DNA of 64,000 nt. It comes from Eledone cirrhosa (taxonomy: Eukaryota). The position numbers and the translations under genes were made by a program. A model generated the notes under the pieces. It worked only from the letters and a program-made list of their open reading frames with translations, was not told the origin of the DNA and ran no database searches. Of this stretch, positions 1 through 11,923 are shown one piece after another (within the stretch, counting starts at the first letter, position 1; every line of letters starts with the position of its first letter). Location of the stretch: positions 225,060,001 to 225,124,000 of the forward strand of contig OZ024740.1 of NCBI GenBank assembly GCA_964016885.1. Reading direction: 5' to 3'.

Positions 1-195
1 TATATATATAAACACTTTAATACATGAATACACATACATCTAACTATACATATCAAACATATATATATATTTACTTATTTATATACATTTTCACATATAT
101 ATACATACATATGGTCGCTTTTAGACACATTCATTATAGCATATTCGCACCTATTCTCATCCACATATCTATCTCTTTTAATGACCATATGAGCT

Positions 196-646
196 GTGAT
201 AAAGACGTGGATGATTTCCTCTTGGAGTTCGATAGATAGTAACTTGGTTTATAAATGCACCGTAAAAACTGATCACAACACCTACAACTACATAGGATCG
301 ACGACTTCTACATTTAAAGCCAGATTTGAGAACCATAAATGCTCCTTCTCGAACTCCAAGAGGAAATCATCCACGTCTTTATCACAGCTCATATGGTCAT
401 TAAAAGAGAGGAATTTAAAATACTCCATTCTTTGGACTAAACTTCGGAACTGTGGAGTTTACCGCAACTCCAGTATATCAAATAACTGCGCACTCTGTAC
501 AATGGAGACCCTGTTGATTATTAATAACTTTGAGACACTAATTAACAAAAAGTGAATTATTCTCTAGTTGCCTCCACAAAGCTACGTGCACATTCTTAGC
601 CTCCCACAAAACGAGAAAAAAAGAGAGAGAAACACTTAACCATTAA
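196..646 (+). pseudogene. PLE GIY-YIG endonuclease domain, frameshifted near C-terminus
   Basis: LVYKCTV...YIGST...FKARFENHKCSF...STSLSQLIWSLK...CALCTME...LINK; continues in another frame as SELFSSCLHK to TAA at 644-646. Confidence 0.85.
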
Positions 647-935
647 AAACTTGGTTGTCAGACGTATATAATCAACAGGGAAAAACATTAATGGATCTTT
701 AATATTGAATTATTTTATAATCTATCTATAGAAGAAATAACGCTTGAATGAAAAACACTTGTTCAATAACATGCCGGAACATTGATATACATAACATAAT
801 ATTATAATTATTAATTTTGATCCATACCATTATTTCTTTATTTCTCTATCTTTATCTAAGGTTTAAATTTTAGTTTAATATCCAACCCATACATTTTTAT
901 GGAACTTATTTCTAACTGTGAATTTTTCCTGTGTT

Positions 936-1540
936 TTTGATTATTATTTATTTCGAACTATGAATAATTAATGCATTTACACCCTGTTATATCGGTATAT
1001 ATTTAACTTTGCATGCCTCAATATATTATATTTTTTTCGTTATCATTTACCTAAAATATATTGGCTCATTAATAAATATCTATATACATAATCGTTAATT
1101 AAATATTTCTAACAATAAGTACTTCATAAGATTTACATACCATAAGTTGACAATTGATTCTTCGGTAAAGTTTATATTTAGGAAAATATTCAACAGTGTA
1201 AACTTTCCTTGCTTTTCTTATATATATATATTTAACTATAACACGTTTCGAACCTTATTATATAGAATTATAACTGTTATCATTTACCTAAAGTATACTG
1301 TATCAATAATACATAATTTATATCAATAATACCTAATTTATATCCATATAAACCTCCATGTATCTTTCTATACATAATTTTTAGTTAAATTTATTGATTA
1401 TCATTTATTTTAAACTATGAATAATCAATGCATTTACACCCTTTTATATATACGTATATATTTAACCTTAACATGCCTAAATCTATTATCTTATTTTTAT
1501 TTTTATTTTCGTTATCATTTACCTAAAATATACAGGCTCA

Positions 1541-1603
<63 letters not shown>

Positions 1604-1737
1604 GTATATATATACATAATAGTTATTTAAATATTTCTAACAATAAATACTTCATAAGATTTACATACTATATATGTTGACAATGAATATCTCCGGTATA
1701 ACTTACATTTAGAAAAATATTCGACAGTGTAAACTTT
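936..1737 (+). repeat. Diverged ~270-bp direct repeat (about 936-1207 and 1395-1737) in the PLE 3' region; second copy has an expanded (TA)n
   Basis: Shared blocks AACTATGAATAAT, AATGCATTTACACCCT, CGTTATCATTTACCTAAAATATA, TACTTCATAAGATTTACATAC, ACAGTGTAAACTTT. Confidence 0.85.
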
Positions 1738-2208
1738 ATTTTTCGCTGGCCAGCTAAATCCTTTAAAAGTTATCATCATAAAATTCTGAAGTTTAGAAAT
1801 GTTAAAGCACTTATTGAATTTACAAAACTAATAAATAAGCTGCAATTTAAAATAAAAAAACCCCTAAAATCTTGACTCTTCACCCTAAAATAGCATAAAT
1901 TAAATATTTTCAAACTTAACCGTTTAACTTTCGGAAAATCTCCTTCTACATATATTCCCTCTCTCCATATATATTACCTCAGCGGCTCTCATTGACCGCT
2001 TTCCCTGATAAATGGTAGTATCAAACATTTGAAAATCTCTATAACTGTTACATTAAGCAACGTTTTTCTTACTCACATATTCTCTATTGAATTAATTACG
2101 TTTTCGCATTTTCTCAATATTACGGTATAAATGTTAAACTTTCTCTTAGGTTAATCACTACCTTGATTAACTCTTAACCATTTAACATCTCAGGGTATGT
2201 CATATATC

Positions 2209-2271
2209 ATTATATTTTGTCTGATGATGACGTACTGTTGTACATCCGAAATATGGATAATAAAATGTAAT
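2209..2271 (+). ncRNA. Minimal type I hammerhead ribozyme
   Basis: AUUAUAUUUUGU-CUGAUGA-UGACGUAC(UGUU)GUACAUCC-GAAA-UAUGGA-UA-AUAAAAUGUAAU; 12-bp stem I with 2 G-U; predicted cut after 2259. Confidence 0.85.
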
Positions 2272-2306
2272 TGATAAAAAGAACATCTATTTTATTAATA
2301 TTTGTA

Positions 2307-2377
<71 letters not shown>

Positions 2378-2383
<6 letters not shown>

Positions 2384-3867
2384 AAAGAAACAGTTAGCAA
2401 GGTTAGAATTAACAACGAATATAGTGAAGAATTTAGCGTAAAAGTTGGTGTTCATCAGGGCTCTGTCATTAGCCCCATCCTATTTATTATTGCCCTTCAG
2501 GCTATAACAGAGGAGTTCAAGACCGGCTGCCCATGGGAACTTCGATATGCAGATGATCTAACGCTCATAGCCGAATCAATGGCTGAACTAGAGAAGAAAT
2601 TCCAAACTTGGAAGCATGGCCTAGAATCAAAAGGCCTTAAAATTAACTTGTCTAATACTAAAGTTCTAGTATGTAGGAAGGAAAATAGGGCACTGGTTCC
2701 CTCTGGGAAATGGCTATGCTCAGTGTGTAGAAAAGGAGTAGACAGAAACTCCATTTTATGTCCCAAATGCAAAGTATGGGTGCATAAAAGATGTAGTGGG
2801 ATCACAGGTAAACTAACAAAGAACATAGATTTTATATGTGGCCGGTGCCCAGGTGCAATAAGTAGTAGCAAGTGTCCACAGGATACTAGCTTCTTCTATT
2901 GCCCATATGGTTCTATAGAAATAGTGGATACCTTCCGTTACCTGGGTGATAAAATGAGCAGTGATGGAGGGTGCTCTGAAAGTACAGTAGCCAGAGTCAG
3001 AACGGGATGGAAAAAGTTCAGTGAGCTTATACCACTATTGGCCGCTAAAGGTTTTTCTCTAAAAATGAAAGGCAGACTGTATGATGCCTGTGTACGAACA
3101 GCAATGTTACATGACAGTGAGACATGGGCATTGTGTGCAGAGGATCTGCGCAGAGTGGAGAGGAACGAAGCTTGCATGCTGCGTTGGATGTGTCATAGTA
3201 ATATACGTGAACGGCAAAGCATAAATGAGCTAAGTGATAAATTAGAAATAAGAGGGATCAGATGCTGTTTACTCGAGAGAAGACTACGTTGGTATGGTCA
3301 CGTGATGCTGTATAAAAAAGTGCCGGGCGATCAAAATTGATGGAAGCTACCGAGTAGGCAAACTCAGAAAACCTGGGACGATTTGATAAATTGCAACCTT
3401 ACACAGTTACACCTCTCCAAAACAATGTCACTGGACCGAGATCTTTGGCTCTACGCAGTAATACAGAAGACCTTGCCAAAGTAAAAAGCGAAACCAACAG
3501 TCAGTAGGCACCTCTTAACCAAATATACACCCCCATCCCACTACCCCTACCTCCACCCCAATCTACACCACCCCTTTCTCTGTAAAGTTATGTTGGTACC
3601 ACAACATCCAGTCCTAAATAAATGAGGTCGTGTAGGTGTCACGACCAAAAAAACACAGTCTACGCCGTAATGTGTCTGTGTAGATAACACGGTAAAAACC
3701 TCCCAGTCCACACTGTAAATGTGGTTGGTGTTAGGAAGGGCATCCAGCTGTAGAAACCCTGCCAGGCAGTCCTATATGGGCATGACAAGCAATCTTGGCT
3801 CAAGTGGGACAATTCCCGTCTAAACCCATGTTAGCGTGGAAGATAGACATTAAACGATGATGATGAT
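2378..3867 (+). mobile_element. 5'-truncated RTE-clade LINE (copy A)
   Basis: ORF 2378-3340 with HQGSVISP, YADD, FRYLG, RRLRWYGHV; 3' UTR ending in (GAT)4. Confidence 0.93.
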
Positions 3868-4120
3868 CCACTAATGCCCTCTTTCTTGTGAGGCAGTTAC
3901 AGGAAAAGTACCTAGCTAAAAGTAAACCGCTCTACCTGGCAATCATCGATCTGGAAAAAGCCTTCGACAGAGTCTCCCATGTTGTAATCTGGGGGGCTCT
4001 TAGAAAACTAGGAGTAGATGAATGGCTTGTGAAAGCTGTACAAGCGATGTATAGAGGAACAGTCAACAAAGTTAGGGTTAGCAATGAATATAGTGAGGAA
4101 TTTAGCATGCAGGTCGGTGC
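3868..4120 (+). mobile_element. Internal RTE RT fragment
   Basis: RQLQEKYLAKSKPLYLAIIDLEKAFDRV. Confidence 0.85.
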
Positions 4121-4387
4121 ATAGTAACTATGAACAATAGGCTTTGCCAGACTCAATTTAAAATAATAAATCAGGAAAATAAATACAAACCGATATTGGC
4201 AGTTGCCCCAATATGGTTAGTATTTTTTACACCCTAGCGAATGTGGTCCCTTACGATTTGAATACATATGTATATATCTGTGTTTATCTCTTTATTCAAA
4301 TATATTATACGGCCCGGAAAAATCTCTTTCCTTGAGCTATTTAAATGTAAGAGACACTTTCGAGTTTCTAACTCAATATATACCTTT

Positions 4388-4557
<170 letters not shown>

Positions 4558-4560
<3 letters not shown>

Positions 4561-6295
4561 AGGTATAAAGCTGATGGACCAGGTCATGAAAGTAACAGAA
4601 AGAGTTATAGCACAGTTGATTAGCGACCGGGTGAAACTAGATGAGATACAATTTGGGTTTGTACCAGGAAGAGGCACCACTGACGCCCTCTTCCTTGTGA
4701 GGCAGTTACAGGAAAGGTACGTAGCTAAAAGTAAGCCAATCTACCTGGCATTCGTCGATCTCGAGAAAGCTTTCGACAGAGTTCCACCTGCTATAATCTG
4801 CTGGGCTCTTAGAAAACTAGGAGTAGATGAAAGGCTTGTGAAATCTGTGTAAGCCATGTATAGGGGAGCAGTCAGCAAAGTTAGGATTAGCAATGAGTAT
4901 AGTGAGGAATTTAGGGTACAGGCTGGTGTCCACCAGGGCTCTGTTCTTAGCCCTCTCCTGTTCATCATAGTCCTGCAGGCAATAACGGAAGAGTTTAAGA
5001 CCGGATGCCCATGGGAACTCGTGTATGCAGATGACCTCGCACTTATAGCTGAATCTATGGTAGAACTAGAGAAGAAATTCCAAACTTGGAAGCAGGGACT
5101 AGAAAGAAAGGGTCTCAAAGTCAACATGACAAAGACTAAGGTCCTTGTAAGTAGACGAGAAAAAGGAACACAGATCCCCTCAGGGAAATGGCCTTGCTCA
5201 GTATGTAGGAAAGGTGTAGGTAGGAACTCCATTCTCTGCCCAAAATGCAAACAATGAGTACACAAGAGATGTAGCGGGATCTCAGGAAGCTTAACTAAGA
5301 ATGTAGGCTTCACATACAGCAGCTGTGCTGGGACAGCAAGCAGCAAACAGCCACAAGATACAAGTACCACCAATCTCTGTGAGGCCTCTGTAGAAACAGT
5401 AGACAGCTTCTGCTACCTAGTTGACCGAATTAGCAGCGGAGGTGGGTGTTCACAAAGTACAATAACTAGGGTAAGAACGGGATGGAAGAAGTTCAGGGAA
5501 CTACTGCCACTGCTAGCTGCAAAAGGCTTCTCCCTCAAAATGAAAGGCAGACTGTATGATGCGTGTATCCGAACAGCAATGTTACATGGTAGTGAGACCT
5601 GGGCGCTGTCTGTGGTAGACTTACGTAGATTAGAAAGAAACGAAGCCTGCATGCTACGATGGATGTATTATAGTAATATACGCGAACGACAAAGCATAAA
5701 TGAATTGAGAGAGAGACTGAACATAAGAGGAATCAAATGCTGTGTGCAGGAGAGGCGGTTGCGTTGGTATGGACATGTGATGCGTATGAAGGATGACAGC
5801 TGCATAAAAAGGTGCAGAGCACTAGAAGTAAATGGAAACCGCGGAGTGGGGAGACCGAAGAAGACCTGGGATGAGGTGATAAAAGCCGACCTTACCCAAT
5901 TACACCTCTCAAAGGCGATGACACACGATCGTGACCTCTGGCGTCACGCAGTAATACAGAGTACCCGACCTCCCATGGGTACAAGCTGAAGCATATAGAC
6001 AATATGCCCCCACACCCTCCCACTGCAAAGTGGCCTTGGAGGTGCCACGGCAAAAAAGCCCCCAGCCTACACTGTAAAGTGGACGTGTAGGCGCCACGGA
6101 AAAAAGCACCCAGCACTCACTGTAGATGAGGTTGGTGTTAGAAAGGGCATCCAGCTGTAGAAATCAAGCCAGAACCAATTCCTGTATGAGCATGGCATGG
6201 TCAGCCGACCAGACACTGCCCACAACAGGGCAACCCGTCTAACCCATGCTAACATGGAAGAACGGACGTAAAACGGTGATGATGATGATGGTGAT
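4558..6295 (+). mobile_element. 5'-truncated RTE LINE (copy B, different subfamily), with in-frame stops
   Basis: RGIKLMDQ...FVDLEKAFDRV...YADD...RRLRWYGHVMR...GRPKKTW; (GAT)n tail near 6278-6295. Confidence 0.93.
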
Positions 6296-6597
6296 ATATA
6301 AAGAGAGAGAGTGAGGTGGGGGGCACATTAGATTGAAGCTGTAGTTCTATTTAGGCAACACCAGTTGAATTACCTGAGGTAGTCACTGAACACTCAATAA
6401 TGTGCAAGAAATAAATTAATTCCTCCCATCAGATTAAACTCATTAAAATCTTTGAGGGAAACACCATGAATAATATATAGACAGAGTGTATGCCAGCTAT
6501 AGTATATCACAAGAACAACAATGAATATAAAAGGGAATATTGTTATAGAGCACTGTGTGGTAGACATGAGAGAGAGTAGTTTAATTAGATAAGACTC

Positions 6598-6661
<64 letters not shown>

Positions 6662-6663
<2 letters not shown>

Positions 6664-6850
6664 CGAAGGAAATGTGGTAAGGAACCAGGTGGACCATAAC
6701 GCACCAAAGTACTCAATATTTAGGGTAGTAGAGTGGGTATTAGGAACGAGTAGGACCCCGACGGCTGAGCTCAAGCCGTTTCGACGGCTAATTCAGTCCA
6801 GAATTAGCCGTCGAAACGGCTTGAGCTCAGCCGTCGGGGTCCTACTCGTT

Positions 6851-6854
<4 letters not shown>
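6662..6854 (-). mobile_element. Fold-back element in (TA)n: perfect 54-bp inverted repeat (6741-6794/6801-6854) plus ~79-nt unpaired extension; arms carry the 3' half of a hammerhead
   Basis: Arms are exact reverse complements around AGTCCA; arm reads GAAA-CGGCU(UGAGCUC)AGCCG-UC-GGGGUCC; TA tracts 6601-6662 and 6853-6881. Confidence 0.8.
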
Positions 6855-6883
<29 letters not shown>

Positions 6884-7454
6884 GTGAGACAGATCATTCC
6901 AGAACAACTCTAACCGCTAATAGCACTTTAATAAGGACAGTATTCAATCCATAGTTGTATCTACTGATAAATATTTCCTAAAATATAACCAATGTAAGGG
7001 AAAGAAAAATCTTGATATTAATTACCAGAACAATTATCACATTCCATCCACCATAAACTCACATAGAATCTGCCTTTCCTACCCATGCATTCCTCACTGC
7101 TTAATATACTATTACACCTATATTATGTGATTTCTTTGCCAATATTCTTTTATATATGCTTAATACCATTGCTTGTTCTCTTACCTTATTATTCTGTACA
7201 TGCCTAATACCCCTGCATTCTTTCTATATGTATGCCTTTGTACCACAAATGTCCTCATTTTGCGAGTATCTTTCTTTCATAATTCTTCTATAATTGTTTT
7301 GTAATTCGTTTATAATCTTTGTCATACCCACTGATACTGACTACATCATCTTCACGCGCTAAATATGACACTACTGATAACAACAGTAATATCTACCTAT
7401 CTTTACGATTGTTCTGTGGAATAGGAGGTTAATTATATGTTTAAACTTTGCCAA

Positions 7455-7502
7455 TGCTCCGATGATTCCAAACGAATATTTTGGAAGAAACAATTGTCAG
7501 CA
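7455..7502 (+). ncRNA. Type I hammerhead with one core substitution (CCGAUGA), probably the end of a PLE remnant spanning about 6882-7660
   Basis: UGCU-CCGAUGA-UUCCAAA(CGAAUAU)UUUGGAA-GAAA-CAAUUG-UC-AGCA, followed by AATAAA; palindromic stem III, GUC triplet. Confidence 0.75.
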
Positions 7503-7716
7503 ATAAAATGCTTTGAACGTAGTTTTGATTATTCTGTAATTTATATCTATATTCGTATATATTTGTGTTGAGATCATATTCATATAATATATATTTGGCC
7601 CTATACATTACATAGAGGGCTTTTATTCCTTGATCTCTTCTTCAGAAACATTTGGGACTAAACATATATATATATAAAGATATATCTATATAAATACAGA
7701 GTGTTTAACTGAGACT

Positions 7717-7869
7717 GCACAAGGCCAGCAATTACCCAGTGCAATACTGGTACTTTATTTTATCAACCCCGTAAGGATGAAAGGTAAAGTTAACCTCGGC
7801 GGGATTTGAACTCAGAATGGCAAGAGCCAAGACTCAATGTTGTAAAGCATTGTGTCTGACGCTCTACCA
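7717..7869 (-). mobile_element. tRNA-derived SINE, partial
   Basis: Matches SINEs at 16912/17133; B-box GAGTTCAAATCCC on minus strand. Confidence 0.85.
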
Positions 7870-8132
7870 AAAGTGGGAGTTAAAAAGGATTTTGAACTGC
7901 CATGAAATCAAGGTCATCCCGATTGTCATAGTTGCATTAGATACTATCTCAAAGAGTTTCCAAGGATGGTTAAAGAAGATTAGTCCAACACCGCTTTTTG
8001 AAACACTTCAAAATGCATGCTTGCAAGTACCCTCCGATACGTCCTGAATATCTGAGGCTGCAGGTAGTGGCTTGATATTCATTTCAACAAACTTTCCAGT
8101 TAAATAACATCAATAACTGAGAATCAAAGAAC

Positions 8133-8183
<51 letters not shown>
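7870..8183 (+). mobile_element. 3' end of a Dong/R4-like RLE non-LTR element with (AAT)n tail
   Basis: KWELKRI...KVIPIVIVALDTISKSF...LQNACL resembles the R4/Dong C-terminal IPIVIGALG...LQKA motif; (AAT)n 8133-8183. Confidence 0.7.
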
Positions 8184-8185
<2 letters not shown>

Positions 8186-8431
8186 TTTCTTTATTAATCA
8201 CAAGGGTTTACATAAAGTAGACATTAAGGACAGTGCAGGACAATACAGTACGGTACAAAAGGGCATTTCTGCGTGTAAAAAACAAAAACAGAGGATGTAA
8301 CAAAAAATAACAATAAAAAATTCCCCAATAGGGGGAGACTTCGGAGGGACATTTGTGGAGAAAGCCCAGGAAAAGGCCACAGTGACCCTGACCACCAAGA
8401 CAATGCCCTCTCCCAGTTTTCCACCTTTAAT

Positions 8432-11400
8432 TTACAGACACATACTCAGAGAAGGCCCATTCATTCGGGCCATACTTGCTTCTCTCACCCATCTTACAAC
8501 AAAATGCTGGGAAGAGAGCACTTCCCTCTCTACCCTGATTTTCCTTTTCAAATGAAATTTGAAAAAGTTAATCAGGGCATCACCGAAGAGGTAAGTGCTC
8601 GTCTTCAGCCCTTTCAAACGTGTCCACCATACTATCTCTTTCGCCATGGCCACCAAACAGATAAAAACTGCCTGCCCTTCCCGGCTAAAGGAAGAGGGCG
8701 GGGCAATCCTCACGATGGACTCAGCTAATAGCTGGATCCGTCCTACACGTGATAGCTGGTGTTCGACATAAACCCACTAGTCAGCAATGCTCGGACATTG
8801 GACGAGTGCGTGCAGGACGGCTTCGTCGCCCTGTGCGCATCTCGGACATGCCCGGCTGACGGCACCTCCATGCCTGTAGAGTTTATCCCGAACTGGCAAA
8901 GCTCCCCGGTAACACTGCCAGGCCAGGGATGTCTGGAAGTTATCCATAGGCCCCGGCCCGAAAGTCCTTCCGAAGAGATTGGCTAGTTGATTTTCGTCGA
9001 CGCCTAGAGTTTCTCCAAGTACGTCGTCGCTCTTACCCTCCACTAATCCCATATAGAACGCCAAGGTGGAGTTTCAACCGATCACATTGCCCGATTGGTC
9101 GAGGGCTGTGAGCGCCTGAAGACATTCCAGTCTCCAAGCGCTCCCTCTCGGTTGTCACTTGACCCAGGACTGCAGCTCCGTCAAGGAGACGAGCTGGGGA
9201 AAAACGTGTCTAGCAAACGGCGACCACACCTGATCACCGTCGAGGAAGAGGTGGAGATGTCGTAGCCTGAGCGCGTGTCTGCGCATCATCAGCCACGGTA
9301 TACCCAGCCCTCCACGTAGCGGGTGTTGACAGCAGATGGACCGCCTGACCATCGGAGCGTCCCTTCCACAAGAAGCGAAAGAGCAAACGCTCCAGCGTAG
9401 TCAGGCGGGGCTTAGGACAAGGTACGACGGTCAGGCGGTAGTAGATGACGGACGCGATGTACCCGTTAGCCACCTCCGCTCGACCTTTCAGGGATAGCTT
9501 CCTCTCGGCCCATTTCTGGGTGAGAGAAGCCACCCTGCTCGTCACCTCGTCCCAGTTTTTGTCCGTCTGGAGGTCTGAACCGAACCAGACCCCTAGCAAT
9601 TTAACCGGTCCGTCCGTCCAGCGCCCGACGACGCTGTTTGACGGCATGGACCTGCCTCTCCAGGTGCCGAGCTGCAGGCCCACTGACTTTTCCTGGTTGA
9701 TCATTGCTCCTGTCACCGCTTCGTATTCTCTTAGTGTAGTGCCGATCGCCTCGATGTGTTTGGCGTTCGACACCACTACGGTGACATCGTCCGCATATGC
9801 TGACACGGATCTTCCGCATCCTAGTTCGCGCGGGACGCCCCTCAACGTCTCCAGTTTGGGCAGTAATGGCTCGAGAGTCAATACGTACAATAGGGACGAG
9901 AGGGGACATCCTTGGCGGACCGAGCGCATGATGTTGAACGGTTCCGAAAGGTGACCGTTCACTCTCACTACAGAGCAGATGTCGCTGTGCATGGCAGCGA
10001 TCCAGCCTCTGAAGACAGGCCCAAAGCCAGCCGCCCTCAGGACTGCCGCTAGGTAACGATGGTCGACCCTATCGAAGGCTTTCGACTGATCTAAATTGAT
10101 CAAAGACCCACCTGTGCCAGGTTCCCTAGCTACCCTCTCTACGATGTATCGCATGAGGTGGAGGTTGTCGTGGATGGATCTGTCGGGAATGGCGCATGTC
10201 TGTGCCTCTCCCACCAGACCACCAACGACAAGCGCCAACCTATTTGCTAGCACCTTGGCCAAAATCTTGAACTCTGTGTTTAGCAGAGTTATGGGCCTAA
10301 ACTTATCTATGTTATCCCCCTTGTTCGGATCCTTTCTCAGCAGCTCCACCGCTCCTCGGCTAACAGAGCTGGGAATTCTCCCGTTCTGTTGCCAGTTACA
10401 GTAGACGTCCGCCAAGAGGCCTCCGAACAAGTCTGTCATTTGTACGTAAAGTTCATAGGGCAGACCATCCAAACCAGGCGATTTACCCCTTGTGCAGCCA
10501 GTCATTGCCTCCCGTACTTCAGCGGTTGTTATCGGCTTTTCGCAACACTCCGCCTGAGTGATGAAAGCCGCGGCAGTCCGTCGAGGTAGACACTAAAGTC
10601 CATCCGTCGATCCGGCCTGCCACTGCCCCCGAACAGTTGAGCGAAGTGTCGCTGAAAAGCTTCACACATTTGCCCGGGATCGAGTAGCATGCGCCCGTCG
10701 TGGTCCACCAAAGACCGGATCGTGGCTTTATTGCCACGACGCGCCTCCGCCACTCGCGCCCATTGAACGGCTTTCGTCCCCTCGTGTCTGAGAGCACGCA
10801 CCCTAGCTCTGACAACGCAGCCTTCGTGCTTTGCATTGAAGAATTGGTCAAGGGCCAATTTCGCCGCAAGTACGTCGATCGCGATGCCTTTGCTAAGCGC
10901 CTCGTCTAATTTTCTAACTAATTCTCCCTCTGCTCTATTTTTCTCTATTGCTAAAGCCTTACTAAACCTAATGGACTCTATTCTAATTGCTCTTTTCAGA
11001 GCAAAGAACCACTTGTTGTTGACGATGGCCCCCGTCAACGCCCGCTTAACTAGTTCGCTAATCCGGTCTCTGTAGGCCTTGCGCGCTGGTAAGGACGCGT
11101 TTAGCTTCCAGTAGCCGGGTCCTCGTCTATGAAGCCTATCTAAGTCAAGCACACAGATCACGAATTTGTGGTCCGTGTAGCTGACTATCTTGAATTGTGG
11201 ACAGCCTATGCTAGACCTATCTACTTCCCTACAAAATACTCCATCTACATATGATCTGGATGACCCTATGCGATTTGTCCAAGTCCACATTGGCACATTC
11301 GGGAAATCCAATCGGTACCTGTCAGACAGTTCAAAACCCCTGAGCAGGTTGGTGAGGCTCTTGCACCCTCCACCCCTATCCGCTAATCCCACACAGTCCC

Positions 11401-11848
11401 AGCGTGCATCTAAGATCCTGTTCCAGTCTCCCACTAACACTAAAGAGCGGGACGTTCCAAGAAAGGTCTCCAGACGCCAGAAGAAATCAGGCCGCCCTGC
11501 TCCTGTCGGGGCATAGACGGCCACTAGCCTGAAAGCTTACCCGTCTCCGCTGGTCACGTCCAGCACCACCAGCTTACCCTCTGGGTCCAGGAAGATGGCC
11601 CGTATGGCGAGATCCAAACCTCTCCGAAAAAGCACAGCAACTCCTGCCCCCGATCCAGGACGGCTGGGAGATGCGTACACATCGTAGCCGCCGAAGATCG
11701 GTGCGAAGGCCCGTGCTTCGGAGATTCTGGTTTCGCTGATGGCCACTACATCTATGTTTAGTGACCTGAGGTCGTTGAGCAGGTGACCCTGCTTCCATGA
11801 CGACCCCAAGCCACGCGCATTTATGCTGCCTATTCTGAGTGAGGTCAT
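8432..11848 (-). pseudogene. Tx1 ORF2 (APE endonuclease, RT, C-terminal Zn finger), several frameshifts
   Basis: MTSLRIGSINARGL, ISET, VYAP, VGDWN, TDH, GPGYWKLN, KSPGLDGLP, RPITLLN, DQSKAFDRV, RQGCPLS, YADD, CPRC..E...HALVQC across ORFs 11537-11848, 10529-11524, 9234-10505, 9155-9352, 8777-9064, 8432-8713. Confidence 0.93.
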
Positions 11849-11923
11849 GTTTAAAATAGAGTGGAAAAGATGGGAAAGACCACTTACCGTACTTTTCGTA
11901 GAGAAGGGATGGTTTTTACATCC

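Larger units (their letters stand above)
11..2310 (+). mobile_element. 5'-truncated Penelope-like retroelement (GIY-YIG end, long AT-rich 3' region, terminal hammerhead) between (TA)n tracts
   Basis: GIY-YIG ORF at 196-555, hammerhead at 2209-2271 about 40 nt before the end, TA repeats on both sides (1-10, 2312-2377). Confidence 0.75.

Noticed and set aside
4124-4385. Hairpin 4181-4226 and minus-strand GAGUU(AGA)AACUC-GAAA-GUG-UC as a half hammerhead
   Set aside because: No CUGANGA or stem I partner; too short to separate from chance
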